Assembly: GCA_965603825.1 (NCBI GenBank)
Contig: CBFDEM010000050.1
Span: forward strand, 372,001 to 436,000
DNA: 64,000 bases
Direction of reading: 5' to 3'
DNA from: Blepharisma stoltei ATCC 30299
Lineage: Eukaryota > Protista > Ciliophora
The notes under the pieces are model-generated. The model had not been told where the DNA came from and ran no database searches. It was given only the letters and a program-made list of their open reading frames with translations. Of the stretch, positions 26,131-39,300 are shown one piece after another (positions within the stretch are counted from its first letter, which is position 1; each line of letters opens with the position of its first letter). The translations under genes and the position numbers were made by a program.

Positions 26131-27143
26131 TACAAGGTCTCTATTGAAGAGGAATTCGCAGATTCTGCGAAGATTACATTGGAAATTGCTTTGCATGTTC
26201 GATTGAGTTTAAAAAAATTGTAAAGCATAATGTTAAAATTCAAATTAAGTCTACTAGACCTTTGGAAAGAGTCCAAATATAGGAATTGCCCGAGGATGGC
26301 GCTATCTTGCGCCATCCTCGGGCAATTGGTATAGACTTGTTTGAACTTACTGAAGATTTGAGCAATGCGTCTAAATATAATTACATTTTATTAATCATTG
26401 ATCATTTTTCGAAATATGCTGCTGCGCATACTATGTTTGCAAAATCTGCTGAAGAAGTAATCAATAGCCTAGAAACAATTATTAATTCATGACCTGATAA
26501 TCCTTTTATCATTCAGAGTGATAATGGAGGTGAATTTTGCAATAGTCTTATTGATGGATTTTGTGAAAGATACTCCATTAGGCACATCACTAGTTCTCCT
26601 TACAATCCCCGTGCCCAAGGCACTGTAGAAAATTTTAACAAGTATCTCCATCATTTATACTTTAGCTGAGCTGATAGCACGCTTAAAGATAAATGAAGCA
26701 TACATGGTTCCATCTTCTCTATTATTCAGAATTACAATCGCTGCAGGAAGCATACAATAACTGGCTTTATACCAACTGATGTATTTTTCGCAAAAGACGA
26801 AAGTATTTATGCATCTGTCACTGAAAACGTTGAAAATAAAAGAAAGAATACTTTTGAGCCATTAAATAAAGCTTTTCACCAAGGCGATAAAGTAATTGTT
26901 CATGATCAACTAGTGAAAAAAAGATTTTGACTCAAATTGCCCAGACCAAGATTTAAATTGAACATGCGTTGATGCATTCCAGCAACAATTACCAATGTAA
27001 AATGCGGTTATTTAGAAATTCTTTTAGACTGTGCTGTTGAAAATGTTGGCGATGTTAATAGTTTATGGCTAATTTCCTTAAGAGATGTGAAGCCTGTAAC
27101 ATTTGATAAGTGGAAAATATGCATGAATAAGCAGAAAAAATAA
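26130..27143 (+). mobile_element. 5'-truncated retroviral-type (rve) DD35E integrase, Ginger/Polinton/Gypsy-like, interrupted by a 54-bp insertion
   Basis: With TGA=W: LYWRGIRRFCEDYIGNCFAC (CxxC half of the HHCC Zn finger), IKSTRPLERVQI[insert]DLFEL, YILLIIDHFSKY, IIQSDNGGEF, then exactly 35 aa to the E of SSPYNPRAQGTVENFN, YN..KHTITGFIP, FHQGDKVIV. TAA at 27141-27143. Confidence 0.92.
26278..26333. mobile_element. TA-bounded palindromic insertion (IES/MITE-like), 54 bp net
   Basis: TATAGG-AATTGCCCGAGGATGGCGC-TATCTT-GCGCCATCCTCGGGCAATT-GGTATA: perfect 19-bp arms, 23/25 paired out to the terminal TAs. Removing 26280-26333 gives caa ata gac (Q-I-D). Confidence 0.8.
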
Positions 27144-27318
27144 GTAGTAAATTTTAGGATTTATTAAGTCTGATGTAATTTAATAATAATTTGATATGAT
27201 GCATCTCATTAATTGCTACTTAGCTCATTCCTAAACAAAAGCATAGATTAGATATAATTTTGGCGTTAAAATATAATATTGTGAATTAAACCTAATTTTG
27301 ATTTTAAATTTGATTATC

Positions 27319-30300
27319 TTAAATATTAATGTCTAAAGAATCAAACTTGTTATTGTGGGCAATCGCAAATATGATCTTCTCTTTCATGATCTCTGGAGAT
27401 GTATAAGCTGGTAGCTCAAGTCTGAATATAGCATTGTCGACAATAGGAGCCAATTTATTCACAGCTCCAGATTTACTGTGCTTGGCTATTGTAAATTTAA
27501 GAGGCCAATCCCACTCAATAAGCTTAGACCTTCTAGCAATATAGTCAATAAATTTGGCATGATCGCTTTCTTTTAATGATTTAATTGCTCCCCAGAAGTA
27601 TTCAATGTGCGCATCTGTTCTTCAGCAATTCTCGTAAACGGTGTTTTCTTCTAGGACTTCTAATTTGACTTCTTGATTTAGGCATATGAGATCACGTAGT
27701 TGAGCAGCTGTGAATAGGTTCAATTTATCAATAGGAACAACAGCAGCCATACCTTTCCTTATAGAATCGTAAGCTTTAGGATTTTCAAATAATTTGTGCT
27801 TCTCTAGTAGATCAGCATAGTGGCCAACATTTTCAAAAGTAACGTCAATATTGACTCCGTCTTCACAAAGGTCCACAACTTCTTCACCGTATTTTACTAT
27901 GAACTTCTCAGAAATGTGCTGGCCGAAGTTTTCCGAAGTAATTCCATATGCTTCAAGATTCCTTAATTTATGCAAAAACTTGTAGAGTGGGAAGTCAAAG
28001 TCTCTTAAATCTTCAGTTGTGACGTTTTCGTATAGAAGATGCTTAAATACAATAATAGGGAGTGAAAGTCTCAGCCCTTGCTTGGTACGAATTGCAGAAC
28101 CGAAGAATTTTCCAAGAGTGGTGAATAGGTGCTTATGAGCTGGGAGAGTGGACGTTGGATTGATCATTCAATTATCTCTTCCATTGCCTACATTAAGGAC
28201 GTTATTTTGAGATGGGATCAAAAGTGGAAGTAATGGAGATTGAAGCTCTTTAGAAAGTTCTATCAATAATTCATTATACTTACCTGCATCATCTTGGATT
28301 CCTTCTGGCTTGTATGCAAAATTGAACATTCTTTCAGGATGTCTAAGAGTTTTATTAGCTGCTGCTTCCAAGGCTCTGCTTATTTGACTAAACATTGAAG
28401 CAATTGCAGAATGATCAGCATCCCCTTTAGCTTTTATTTCTTGTGCTTTAGTTTTATCAATAGTAATGTCAATTCTGCAGTCAGTGTTAGATTCATCAAG
28501 ATGGTTTTCCAAGTTTTGCTTCTTGAATTGTAATAATAAATAATTCTTGGCCTTCTTAATAAACTTCATGAGAGAGTTTTCTGGCTCGTCTGCTTCAGTG
28601 TGCAAATCGAACAGATAGAAGTAATTTTGGAATCTTAAGCAGAAGTTAAACAAAATTTCTTTCAAATTATACAGCTCTGCCTCTGATAATTTTTGTAAGT
28701 CTGGATAATAAATTAACTCTTCTGGAGAAATATTCAATGAAGTGTTTTCCAGTATAGTATAGAAACTAATATTATTGATATCCAGGTAGCCATCCATGAA
28801 TTCAATGAACTGCTGTGCTATGCCATTTTTGAAAAACTTGGAATAGGTAGGCTTGTAGTTTTCTCTCCAATTTTCTCTGTCATCAGCTGATGCAAAGCTC
28901 AAATAGGAATCAATGAGTTTGGTATTTCTTCCTTTGAAATTAGGTGTTAAAGAGAACTTATAGCCCCAGAATTCAGTTTCTTGTTCAGAGTCAATTCTCA
29001 TAAGATCAATACCAGCAGGGTATTTTCCTGTATTACCGATTGATAAGACTTGGTTTTCTTCTGATAAGACACCAATAAATTTGAAGCAGTCTTCAGAGTC
29101 TTCGATATTAAGAGCTACTTTGACAGTGTCTAGCAATTTTTCATTCTTATAAAAGGCAATTTCGTTTTTATCAAAATCTATATAGCTCCCAATGACGTCG
29201 TTCTGGTCATAGCTCACGCTCTCTGCGCTACCAATTTTTCCATTACTATAATAAATTACAGTTTGCTCACTTCCTTCAATAGTGTTCGCATTAATCAAGC
29301 TCTTCTTGGTAAAGCCAACTCCTACAGATCCTTTTGATTCTACAGAGACTTCGATGTAGTATTTGCCGTATCTCATTTCAGCTTCAGTTTCGTGGCAAGT
29401 TTTATCACTTGTTGACTTTGTGACAGTAGTTTTATTCGCGTTGAGTACAGCTCCATTCTGATTGCTGTCCCATAAATGCTTAATGTTAGCAGTTTTATGA
29501 ACTGGGATCCAAAAATAGACTGAGTCTCCTATAACATCAAATTTTCTTTCAGAAAGAGGTTTTGACCCAGCCATTCTTTCAACGCTAAGCACAGTTATGA
29601 CTTGATTTAAAGCACCAAAGCAGACCACTGGGGTGACAGAAGAAGCAATCCCCGTGAACTTGAAGACTTCAAGAGTTCCATTAAAGAAAGTCAGTTCTCT
29701 TAAGTTCATATCAATAAACATTGTGATTACATCTCCCTGCTTAAATCCTTCAAACCCATCTTTGGACCATTCTTTCTTGTGAACTTCTCCAGTTCTTTTC
29801 CAACTCCATACATTATGAGGACAGTCGCATCCTATGTACTCATTTAGATCATAATCTTGGACATCCTTTTCTGTCCTATAAACACCAATGTATCAATGAT
29901 CAGAGCCTCCATCAGATTCTATCTTGAATTTGATACTCACTGTACCATCAGAGTAGTCTTCAGACCAAATTGCGTTGCCCCATCCAGAACCTTTGGCTCT
30001 GGTAACTTGTGAAGTTCCTTCTGAAAAAGTGACTTTCCTGCCACAAGGCTCTTCCCTCCATCTAGCATCGCTTATAGCTTCAATTTTCTTTTCCTCGACT
30101 AATTTCTTACCATATTCGTCATAGCTGAAAATAGCTGTGTCTCTTGGGTCGAGGCTTGAATTTGAATCGAAGACAATACTAATAAAAGAAGCACCAGGAA
30201 TTTGGATGAATTCTTTTGTGGTTTGCCTAATATAAGGATGCTTGGACTCATAAATTCTTCCGAGGTTGCAAGTAACCTTTTTCTTGAATGATTCGAATAA

Positions 30301-33300
30301 GAAAGTTTCTAGCAGCTCATCCTTTTCGCTTAGACCTTTAATGTCAGAGACTAGTTCACAAAATTCCATAAACCAAAGTTCCTCTCCAGTAAGTTGGAAT
30401 TTATGTGAAGCATCTTCTAACAGCCTTGCAGTTGCTTGCATTAAACTATTATCTACTTTATATTCGGTCATAGCATTATTAAGCTCATTTGCTTGAGCAA
30501 TCAAGATGTTAAGAATATTTTTGAGCAGTGGGCCTTTCTGATCTCTTATGATCTTATTCAAGATTCTTACAGAGTCAAGCTTCAAGTCCAAAGTGCTTGC
30601 TGAAAGAGAATGCAAGAAAATAGGCTGGACACATCTAGGATGCGTTAGTTCCATAAATTCTTTAGGTATTGGGTCCATTTTTGAAATCTTATTTAGCATC
30701 CAAATTGCAGGCCAAGGATTATCTGTTGCAGAAACTGGGCTTTCAGGAATCACGTCAAACTTATATCCCCAACAGTTGCCTGATCCATCAGAGTGAAAAT
30801 ATAAATAAACAACTTCTCCTTCTACTTCAAATGGAGCCCAGTTTGCTTCTCCTAATCCTGAATAACGTTTAATTTCATCAATTCATCCTGGATTCTTAAA
30901 AAATCTTAAAGGATCACAACCAGTTTCGGTGTCACATTGTGGATCAAACACAAAACTGAGCTTTTTAGCTCTAGGAATTCTGATTTCTTGATCTAAATTC
31001 ATATTATCATCATATGGATGGTGGCTTTCAATTGTCAATGGAGCCAGAGGTCCTTCTTGCTTTTCTGTGTTGATCAAGGATCTAAGAATCCTTTCTAGGC
31101 AGTCCTTGAAAAGCGTGTCCTTGAATTTCGGATTGTCTTGAGAAAGTAAAGTATCAATCGTTTTAGCAATTTTATTCACAGAACTTCCTAAGAAATAGAA
31201 TAATTTGGTGATACTGAATTCCTCAGCTATTGTTGCAATAGAGGTTGGACATTTTTTGATGAGCATTAGAGCAAGAATTTTGTATGAAGCTTGCTTTGAG
31301 GAATCCATAAGCTTATAAAAGTGACTGAAGAGCTCTTGAATAGACAGATCCTTGAATTGGTCTTCTTGAACTTTTCTTTCGGTATTTTCTGCAGTTTCTA
31401 ATAATCCGCATAGTGGCATTTTAGTTGAATTCATCCTCTTGAATGGTGTAAGCGCGCAATTCAAAGCAGTATCACTTATCTTTACAGCTAAAAATAAGAC
31501 TGATTTCTTTCATAAGTTATGGCCAAGATTTATTTCATTGCCTTCACCATCTTTAATTATCTTATAGCCAAATGGTACTTTTATTTTGTATATTGAAGAA
31601 GATTTGATGTAAATGACATCTTTTATGCAGAATTTTTCTATTTCTCCTTGCTTTACCCAGATGTGAGTCAAAGAGTCGCTGGCTTGGTCTTCAGGGTCAA
31701 AGTTACCTAAATCTGTATGATCTTTAACTTCTGTGCCTAGTGCAATGCTTGAGTAACCATTTCCAGTAGTCGCCTGCTCTTTTTTAGCGCATAAAATCAT
31801 TCTCTTTGGAATATTGAACTCTTTTTGTTTGCCATCTTCATAGATCGGAACTGCTGTAAATCCATTAGGGACTTCACGAATTGTTTTAACTAGTTTTAAC
31901 TCAGTGATGGCATCTTGGTTTAGAGAGCTAATGGTATTTTGGAAATCGTTCGAGAAATTCTGAGAAATGTAGTCTAAGCTAGACCTTAAGTCTCTGTCTG
32001 ATGATAGAGCTTGAGTTATTTGGCCTTCAGTCAAGCCTAAAAGCTTTAGTCTTAGCCTATCATGATTTTCAGATGCTTGAATGACTTTGAATGTTTTATA
32101 AATCTCGGCATCTTTGGATTTATTAACTTTGGTTGGTGCAGACTTGGTGTTTTTACCATCATATACTTCAAAAGTTAACAATGAAGCTCTTGTGCCAGCT
32201 TCCATATAAAGTCCATAAGCTCCCATTTGAAGACCATTAAATGCAGTTGCATCCTGCAGATTAATGCTTTCTTTGGTGTTTTCATTAATTATTCTGATTT
32301 CTCCATTTGCATTTAAATAAATTCTAACAGACAATATTTCACCAAGCTTAGCAGGGCCGACAGCAATACCATTGACTTTAAAGCTTGGCGATCCAGAGTT
32401 TGTGCTAACTCCTATATCTACTCCTCCAAGTTTGAGACCATATGACAACTGATTTTGATAGTGAATACCTTCTAACTGTGCTAGAATAGTCAAAGATTCT
32501 ACAAACTGTGTAGCGTTTCTGAATACAGACAAGTCAGGAACTACAGTTATTTCTTTTCTTGCTGTTGCGAAATTGTTATTTTCTATTACGAATTGGCTAT
32601 TTGAATTTTGGTAAATATCTGCATATCCAGCGATATCAGATATTTCAAGGTTTAAAGATTCAGTTTGCTGAAGCTTGAATAGCAGGCTTGATTTTGGCTC
32701 TTCTATTTTTCCAACAAATTCTAAAATCCCATTTTTATCCTTGATTCCTTTGTCAAGGCACTTAGCGATGATCTTTATCAGAATATTTTCTTTTGTCAGT
32801 TCTTCTATTAGGCATTTGGTTTGATTGCTAGCATTCGAAAACTTTTCCATTATTTCTTCATCTGTAAAGTCGTCATAAATGTATCCGTCTTCGATTGCAT
32901 ATAGTATTCGTCTAATAAGTAGCATCTTTTCTTTATTTTCTAAGATTTTAGTTTCAGCTTTAGCATGCTTCATGAGGGATCTCAATAAGTCTGTCCCTTC
33001 ATTGTCGCTAATGTCTTTCTTTTTTAAGATAAGTGTAATTATATGAACAATAACGTTTTCTAAGTGAGCATAAAGGGTTCTGAACGAAGCAGCTCTCTCA
33101 GATTTCATATCGAAGCACAAAAATTCTGAGCCAACTAAAGCAAACCACAAATTGATAACTGAGTCTTTAATGCTTTGCAGTTCATCTTGGTTAAGTATTT
33201 TCATTGCATTAAAGTTGTTAATCGTCCTTAAATAAGCAATGGACTTTATATTAACTGACACTGTCTCATCAGTAATAGGAGAATAAATCGCTACTGTGTC

Positions 33301-36300
33301 CCCATCAATTGCTCTTATTATGCATCTTTTCATATTAGAATCAATTAGTTTTGCTTCAGCCAGCTCAATTGGATCGTTCCCGAAAATATCAACCTGCTTC
33401 GAGAAAATTGCTAAAGCTTCGATTCCTCCAACTTGATACATAGGAAGTGCTTTTCCGTCTTTTAAGTTTTGGCAAGCATCGTTTAAGGATTCCATAATTG
33501 TGGTGAGCACCTCGTCTCTTCATTTTTCTACGTATATAAGTTCTTTCAAAAGCACAGTTGCTTCATAGCCACATCTGAAAAGTTTGCTTTTTGGATCTCT
33601 AAAGCCATACCAATAAGCCATTTTCCCAATTCTTTTAAGCAAAAATTGGACAAAATGGGCGCTTGTGCTTTCAGGGTTAAAGTGAGGAAGCCTAATCCAG
33701 ATTGCACCTAGTGTTTCAGCTGAGTGTTGGGATGGGAGAACTGCTTTGAGGATGCGAGAGCCGAGGGCAATGTTTCTTTCTGCGCTGCTCAGGAAAGTAA
33801 TTTTAAGGAGCTCTTCAAGATATTCTTCACGAGCTAAGAGACTGGAAATTGTATTTGATCCGAAGCACCCATAAATTGTCCACAATAGAGAAGTCATATG
33901 TTCACTTGAAGATTTTTTTTCTTTATATACTTCTAAACAGCTATCAGGAAGATCATCATACTGGAGAAGAGCCCACTTTAGCTCATGATAATAATCGAAA
34001 AACCTATTCTTGTCTTTAGCTATTGCATGCATTGCTACATACAAATCTAAATTGCCTTCCTCGTTTTTGAATTCTGCTGGGCAATCTTCTTGAACTTTGT
34101 AGCCTTGCACGATACCTTTGGTTTCTGTTAACTCGAAAAGATCAATAAATTGTTGGAAAGATTTTCCTTGATGTTTAGAATTGAAACTTGAAACAATATT
34201 TTTATATATTGTTTCAATATTACAGAAATCATAAGATAAAGCTGCTTGCTCAAAATCTTCTGGGATTTGAGCCCAGATCTTGGAGTGGCCAATATAATGC
34301 TGATCTTCTTTAGAAAGTGCATCTTTCATAGCATAGAGTGAATTAATATATTTAAAGAAATCGAAATTTCCTTTAGAATTTTTGTAAGCATCTTGGCTTG
34401 AAAGGAGTTCTGAGCACTCCGGATCAAGTTTCGAAATTTCAGCAGGAGTTAAAACTCCTTTCATTGCAGGATCAACTTTAACGACTAAATCGTTAATCGT
34501 TTCCTTCAGCAAGGATTCTTCTAGTTTTTCAGTATCTTTATTAAACTGCCTGATCCATTCTTGCATTGGATTCTTTTTAAAAGCTTTGATAGCGTTCATT
34601 TTATTTACCCATAACTCCCCTGAAACTGTTGCACTAAGATTTAGATCTGAGTTGCCCAACTCCAATAGCGATTGATCCCATTTTAATTCATTAAAAACTG
34701 AATTCAAAAACAAATCTTGGACAGTCTGTTTGACAAATGAATTACTTTGGCTTACATTGCCAACTACACTAAACACTAAAAACTTATAAACAGCCCATGC
34801 TGCTCTGCATAATCTATCTTTAAGTTTTTCTCTTAATTTCTTTTCAACTTCTGATTCATCACATAATAAATCACAATAAGTCCTGTACTCTAATTCAAGG
34901 CTCTCCTGGATATTGACCAGAAATTGATCTTTTGCACTTGGCTCGCTCTTTTTGATGAAAATATGTTTGGATTCTCCATTCTGAGTGAACTGACCTAAAT
35001 TCTCATATCCTTCAATTTCTTCAGATGTGATTTGGAAATCTACAACAGGAAGTGCTCTTTTGCGCTCAATAATTAAATAAAGATTCTGGCTCTCTCCTTC
35101 TCTGGTTTCTAAGAGAATTTTATCAACATCGTCAGATATATCAGCTTCTTTCAATATTTTGAATCCTGTAATGCATTGCTCCAAAAGGAATGGTTTAGTC
35201 TCAACTTCTTCTCCTATATAGCCTTTAGACCAATTCAATAAAAGAGAAATGATAAGTGGGAACTGTTGCTCTACTATCATAAGATTATCAGGCTCTTTTA
35301 ATGGAAAGCATAACGCATCTAAAACAGTCAAGTAATGAGAGTATGAAGATTTTTCTATGGCTTCTGTTTTGGATTTGAGCAGCTCCCTCTGCAAGTATCC
35401 ATAGATGTTATAAAATGACTTTTGGACACACTTTAATAGGCTTGAATTAATTCCTTCCACATTTTCCCAATAATGGAATTTTACATTGTTTTGCTTCAAA
35501 GAGTCAACAAAGAATCTTATTAGTGAAGTTTCTTTTTTAGATGATAAGCTCATTAAGTTTCCTAAGCTGGAAAGTCCAAGAGCTCTTGCAATAGCTTTCG
35601 CTCTTCTTTTCTCAATGGTGTCCACAATTTTTTCAGCTGAGGCAGGAGTTTCGAATAAAGAAACAATAAATTCAGATATCTTTTTGATTTCTTTAACGTT
35701 CTTTGAGCGGCTTTCTTCTTCACTTATACTCCTTCCAAGTATGGCAACTAAACGTGAAGTTACTGCAACTTCTTCTTTGGCTTCCTTCCATTTGCTTTCA
35801 TTTCTTTTCATTTTAGGAATGCTGGCTTCTTGGTCTACATTTGCTACAAAATTTTTCATTATTTTAGTAATCCCAAGCTCATTTAATCCTTGATTATGCT
35901 CCGAATTGATTAATAAAGCGCATTTAAATACAACATCTTTAGAAACCTCTTCAAAGGTCATGGTAACAGTTTCCTTCAATTTTTGGATGTACTTATCAGC
36001 CCATTTTCTATAGTTGACTGCATCTTTTACGAGGTATTTGACTGTAGATTCAACACTTGTAGGATCTTGAAGAAGGTTTTTGAAAGTCCCAGCAAATTCA
36101 AAGAAAATTAGATAAACAGCGAAAATAGCTCTTTCTGCTTTATCAAATTCTGGTCTTCCAATTGCTGAATCTTCTTCGCTAACTCCGCTCAAAGTTTTCA
36201 GGGTGTTCCAATCTCTTACAATTTCGCTATTCCCTTCAATGAAATCGTTGACAAACTGATTGTCTGAGTACTTTACATCTCCCCATTTTCCAAAAGAGTC

Positions 36301-39300
36301 AATATACTCTTGCAAGGTCAGCTCTGATTTATTATTGCATACAAGCTTTTTAGTAGGATCGCTTCTAATAAACTGGTTTAACATCTTAGGCTTAACTTTT
36401 TCTCCAATTCCTGGCACCTGTGTAAGGCTAATCAAACTTTCTGGGATAGGGTTTTGAGGTTTAACAAGTGACAAAGTCTTATCAGAAATTCCGTATTTAA
36501 GCAGTGGGTTTTGAAGCAAAGCTCTCACTTTTTCATCTTCTGGTGTTGTCTCAAATTCTCCTGAAATCAATTTTACGCTGATAAACCCAACCATAATTCC
36601 TGCCGCATCTTTTGTGGTATCTGGCCATTGTTTAGCATAATAGTCAGCTGGAATTTCACTGAAAATATCAATTTTTCAGCCCCAATAGTTGACTGAGCGA
36701 TCTGAGTGGAATGTGAAGAATAAATATGGAGCATTTACTTCGATTCTTTCTCCATTCTTTGGGAAATCATCTCCGTCTCAAATGAAGAGCTTTTCTGCTT
36801 TTTTATCGTCTTTCCAAAGCTCTAAACAATCAGCAATCTTCTCGGTTTTGCATTGAGGGTCAAAGACCAAATAATATTTTCTTGCTCCAGGAATCTTTAC
36901 AGTGTGGGTAATATCAAGATTGTTATTGTAATTGTGACTACTTTCGTAAGGATCTGTTGTAACTGTAACCCAGCCTTTATTTAGGATTTTTGGCTTTGAG
37001 CCAAAGTGTTGTAGAGATATTGTGATGCTCTGCAAAACTGGTAAAATTTTTGCCAAGAAATCAAGGCTCATTCTGGTTAAAGGCAACATGTAAAGAAGAG
37101 TCTCTAATAAATCTGCGAGGATGGTTTTGCTGATTGCGTTTGTGAGTTCATCTGACAATATAGACCCTTTTTCTTTTGCTTTCACAACCCTAAGAACTTT
37201 TTCACAGTTCTGGAAAACACTTAATGAGTAATTCGTTAAGATTTCTTGCCATTTTCCTTTGAAGTTAGACTTAGCAGCTTGGCCGAATAAAGCAATTTGA
37301 CTTGTTTCAAGAAGTTTCAAAATTCCAACAGAGGTCTCTTCTCCTTTCACAAGTTTCTTGGAAATTTCTGAAGAAAGCTCAATCAAGTACTTGAAATAAG
37401 TTTCCACTAAATGCTGAGACTCGTCATTAATAAGTTCTAATGCTGGGAAAAGTTTGTCAGGTCGAGCCATTTCTAAGAAAATTCTATCTTCAAGCTCTTT
37501 AAAGATACCTGATATCTCAACTCCGTCCATTTGATCTTTAAGTCTATCTAATAAATAAGACAATTTCTCCTGTGGGTCCTTATAAAAGACAGAAAAGCAC
37601 GATGTCACAATTTTTGTGGCCTCCTCAGAAGCCTTGGATCCTGGCATACTAGTTATTAGATCCATAGCGATTTTCATAATTCTTGTTCTTAGCTGTCTTT
37701 CTAAAGTTGCATTTGGAATCATATCCGACCCAATTAAGTGCGATCTGGTGAGTTTTAGCACATAGACTAGCATTTCTGAATAAATTTCTTTGGATTCTCT
37801 TTCAATATTTTCTGAGTGAATCTTTTCAATGCAAGTCAAAGCCAATTTTTCTAAAATTTCGACAGTTTCATTCTTGATGTCTAGGGTAAACCCCATTCTT
37901 TTTTCAACATTCACCTTTTTCTTTTCTAATTTTTCTATGATACCGTCATTTAAGATGTCAAACGATTTAAGAACATAGTGTGTGAGCTCAAAAGGCTTCA
38001 TTTGGAGATAATCATCAGCCATTTCTCCAGTTTTGATAGCTCTGTAAATGCTTAAATCTTCAAGCTTAAATTTTTTCCAATAGTTTTCAACTTTTATGCG
38101 AGCTATGTCTGGCATATCTAAGGGATTATAAATAATTTTGTGTTTGCTAATTCCTCCAAGGCACATAAAAAGTTTCATACTTTCAGGAAGATCTCTAATA
38201 GCTCCTTTGGGGTCTTCTTTTCCGTTGTGAAAGAAAAGAACTGTGCGCTCATCCATATCCAGCAGAAGTCCAATTTTGTCACCAACTACGTATTTTTCGA
38301 AGGTGTACAATTGAGTAGTACCTTTGCACATACTTCCGTCAGCTTTATAATAGAGAGCAAATGACTGTTCTTCAGGGGTCGTGTCGAGGTTAGGATAATT
38401 TCCATTACAAGCTCCATAATAAATATTATTAGTTGAACCTTGAGTCCAAATCATCTCACAATAGTGAACCCCTTTTGTCCAAGCTTCTGTTGAAAGAACG
38501 GCTCCCCAGCCATCATAATTTGTTCTGCTTAATACATCTGGCTCGTCGCTACTGATTTCCATGCCTTTCCCTTTTTTTTCAGTCTCCCAAGCAAAAGAAT
38601 TACTTGCTTTTTTCATAAGGTCGTTAAAGCTCACTAGCATAGGAAAAATTTGTTTATAAATTGGAGAATGATCTTGACTTGGGTCAAAATTGGCAAATGT
38701 TAAAGCTAATACTAAAGCGGTACACAAATTTCCTGTAGCAACATAAAGCCCAAAAAGAATAGAATAGCAGGCATTTATGTCTTCTTCTTGGATATTTGGC
38801 AGCTCTCTTCTTAGCATTGAGTTGAAAAATGCAAGAACTGATGAAACTACTTGAGAGATCGAAGGATCTTTGTCGTTCAGTGTCATTGGGCTAAGACCAG
38901 AAACTATGCTTGAAGCAGATTCTATGATAATCTTATAAAGTTCAGGCTTGTCAGAGCCCAAAATCTTAATTATCCCAAACAAAGAAGACAGACCAAAAGA
39001 TAGCCCTGATATGGCAATTGGGCTGAGGGTTTCTTTAGTATTTGAAGCTCCTGGCTTTGATTTTCTTTTTTCACGCTCATCCATTCTAAGTAGAGCTTCA
39101 TAAGTTCTGCTCAGGTATTGTAGCTTTTTCACCATCTCAACTGAGCTTGAGTCTTCCACTCTACGTAGGTCAATTTCATTCAGTAAGTCTTGAATGACTT
39201 TTGTGTGCCTTTCTTTGATAAAGCTTTTATCTTCCATACTGCACAACATTTGCTCTTCATTTATGTAGTTCAGGTCTTCAAGCTTGGCTGAGGCAGATGA

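Noticed and set aside
25726-26196. 156-aa minus-strand ORF as a real chimeric gene
   Set aside because: Its first ~22 codons are antisense integrase sequence running into the frameshifted HECT fragment.
26271-26333. Palindromic insert as an intron or a bacterial terminator
   Set aside because: No GT..AG pair restores the QID motif (the only nearby one is 12 nt and removes VQI); no U-tract, and the context is eukaryotic.
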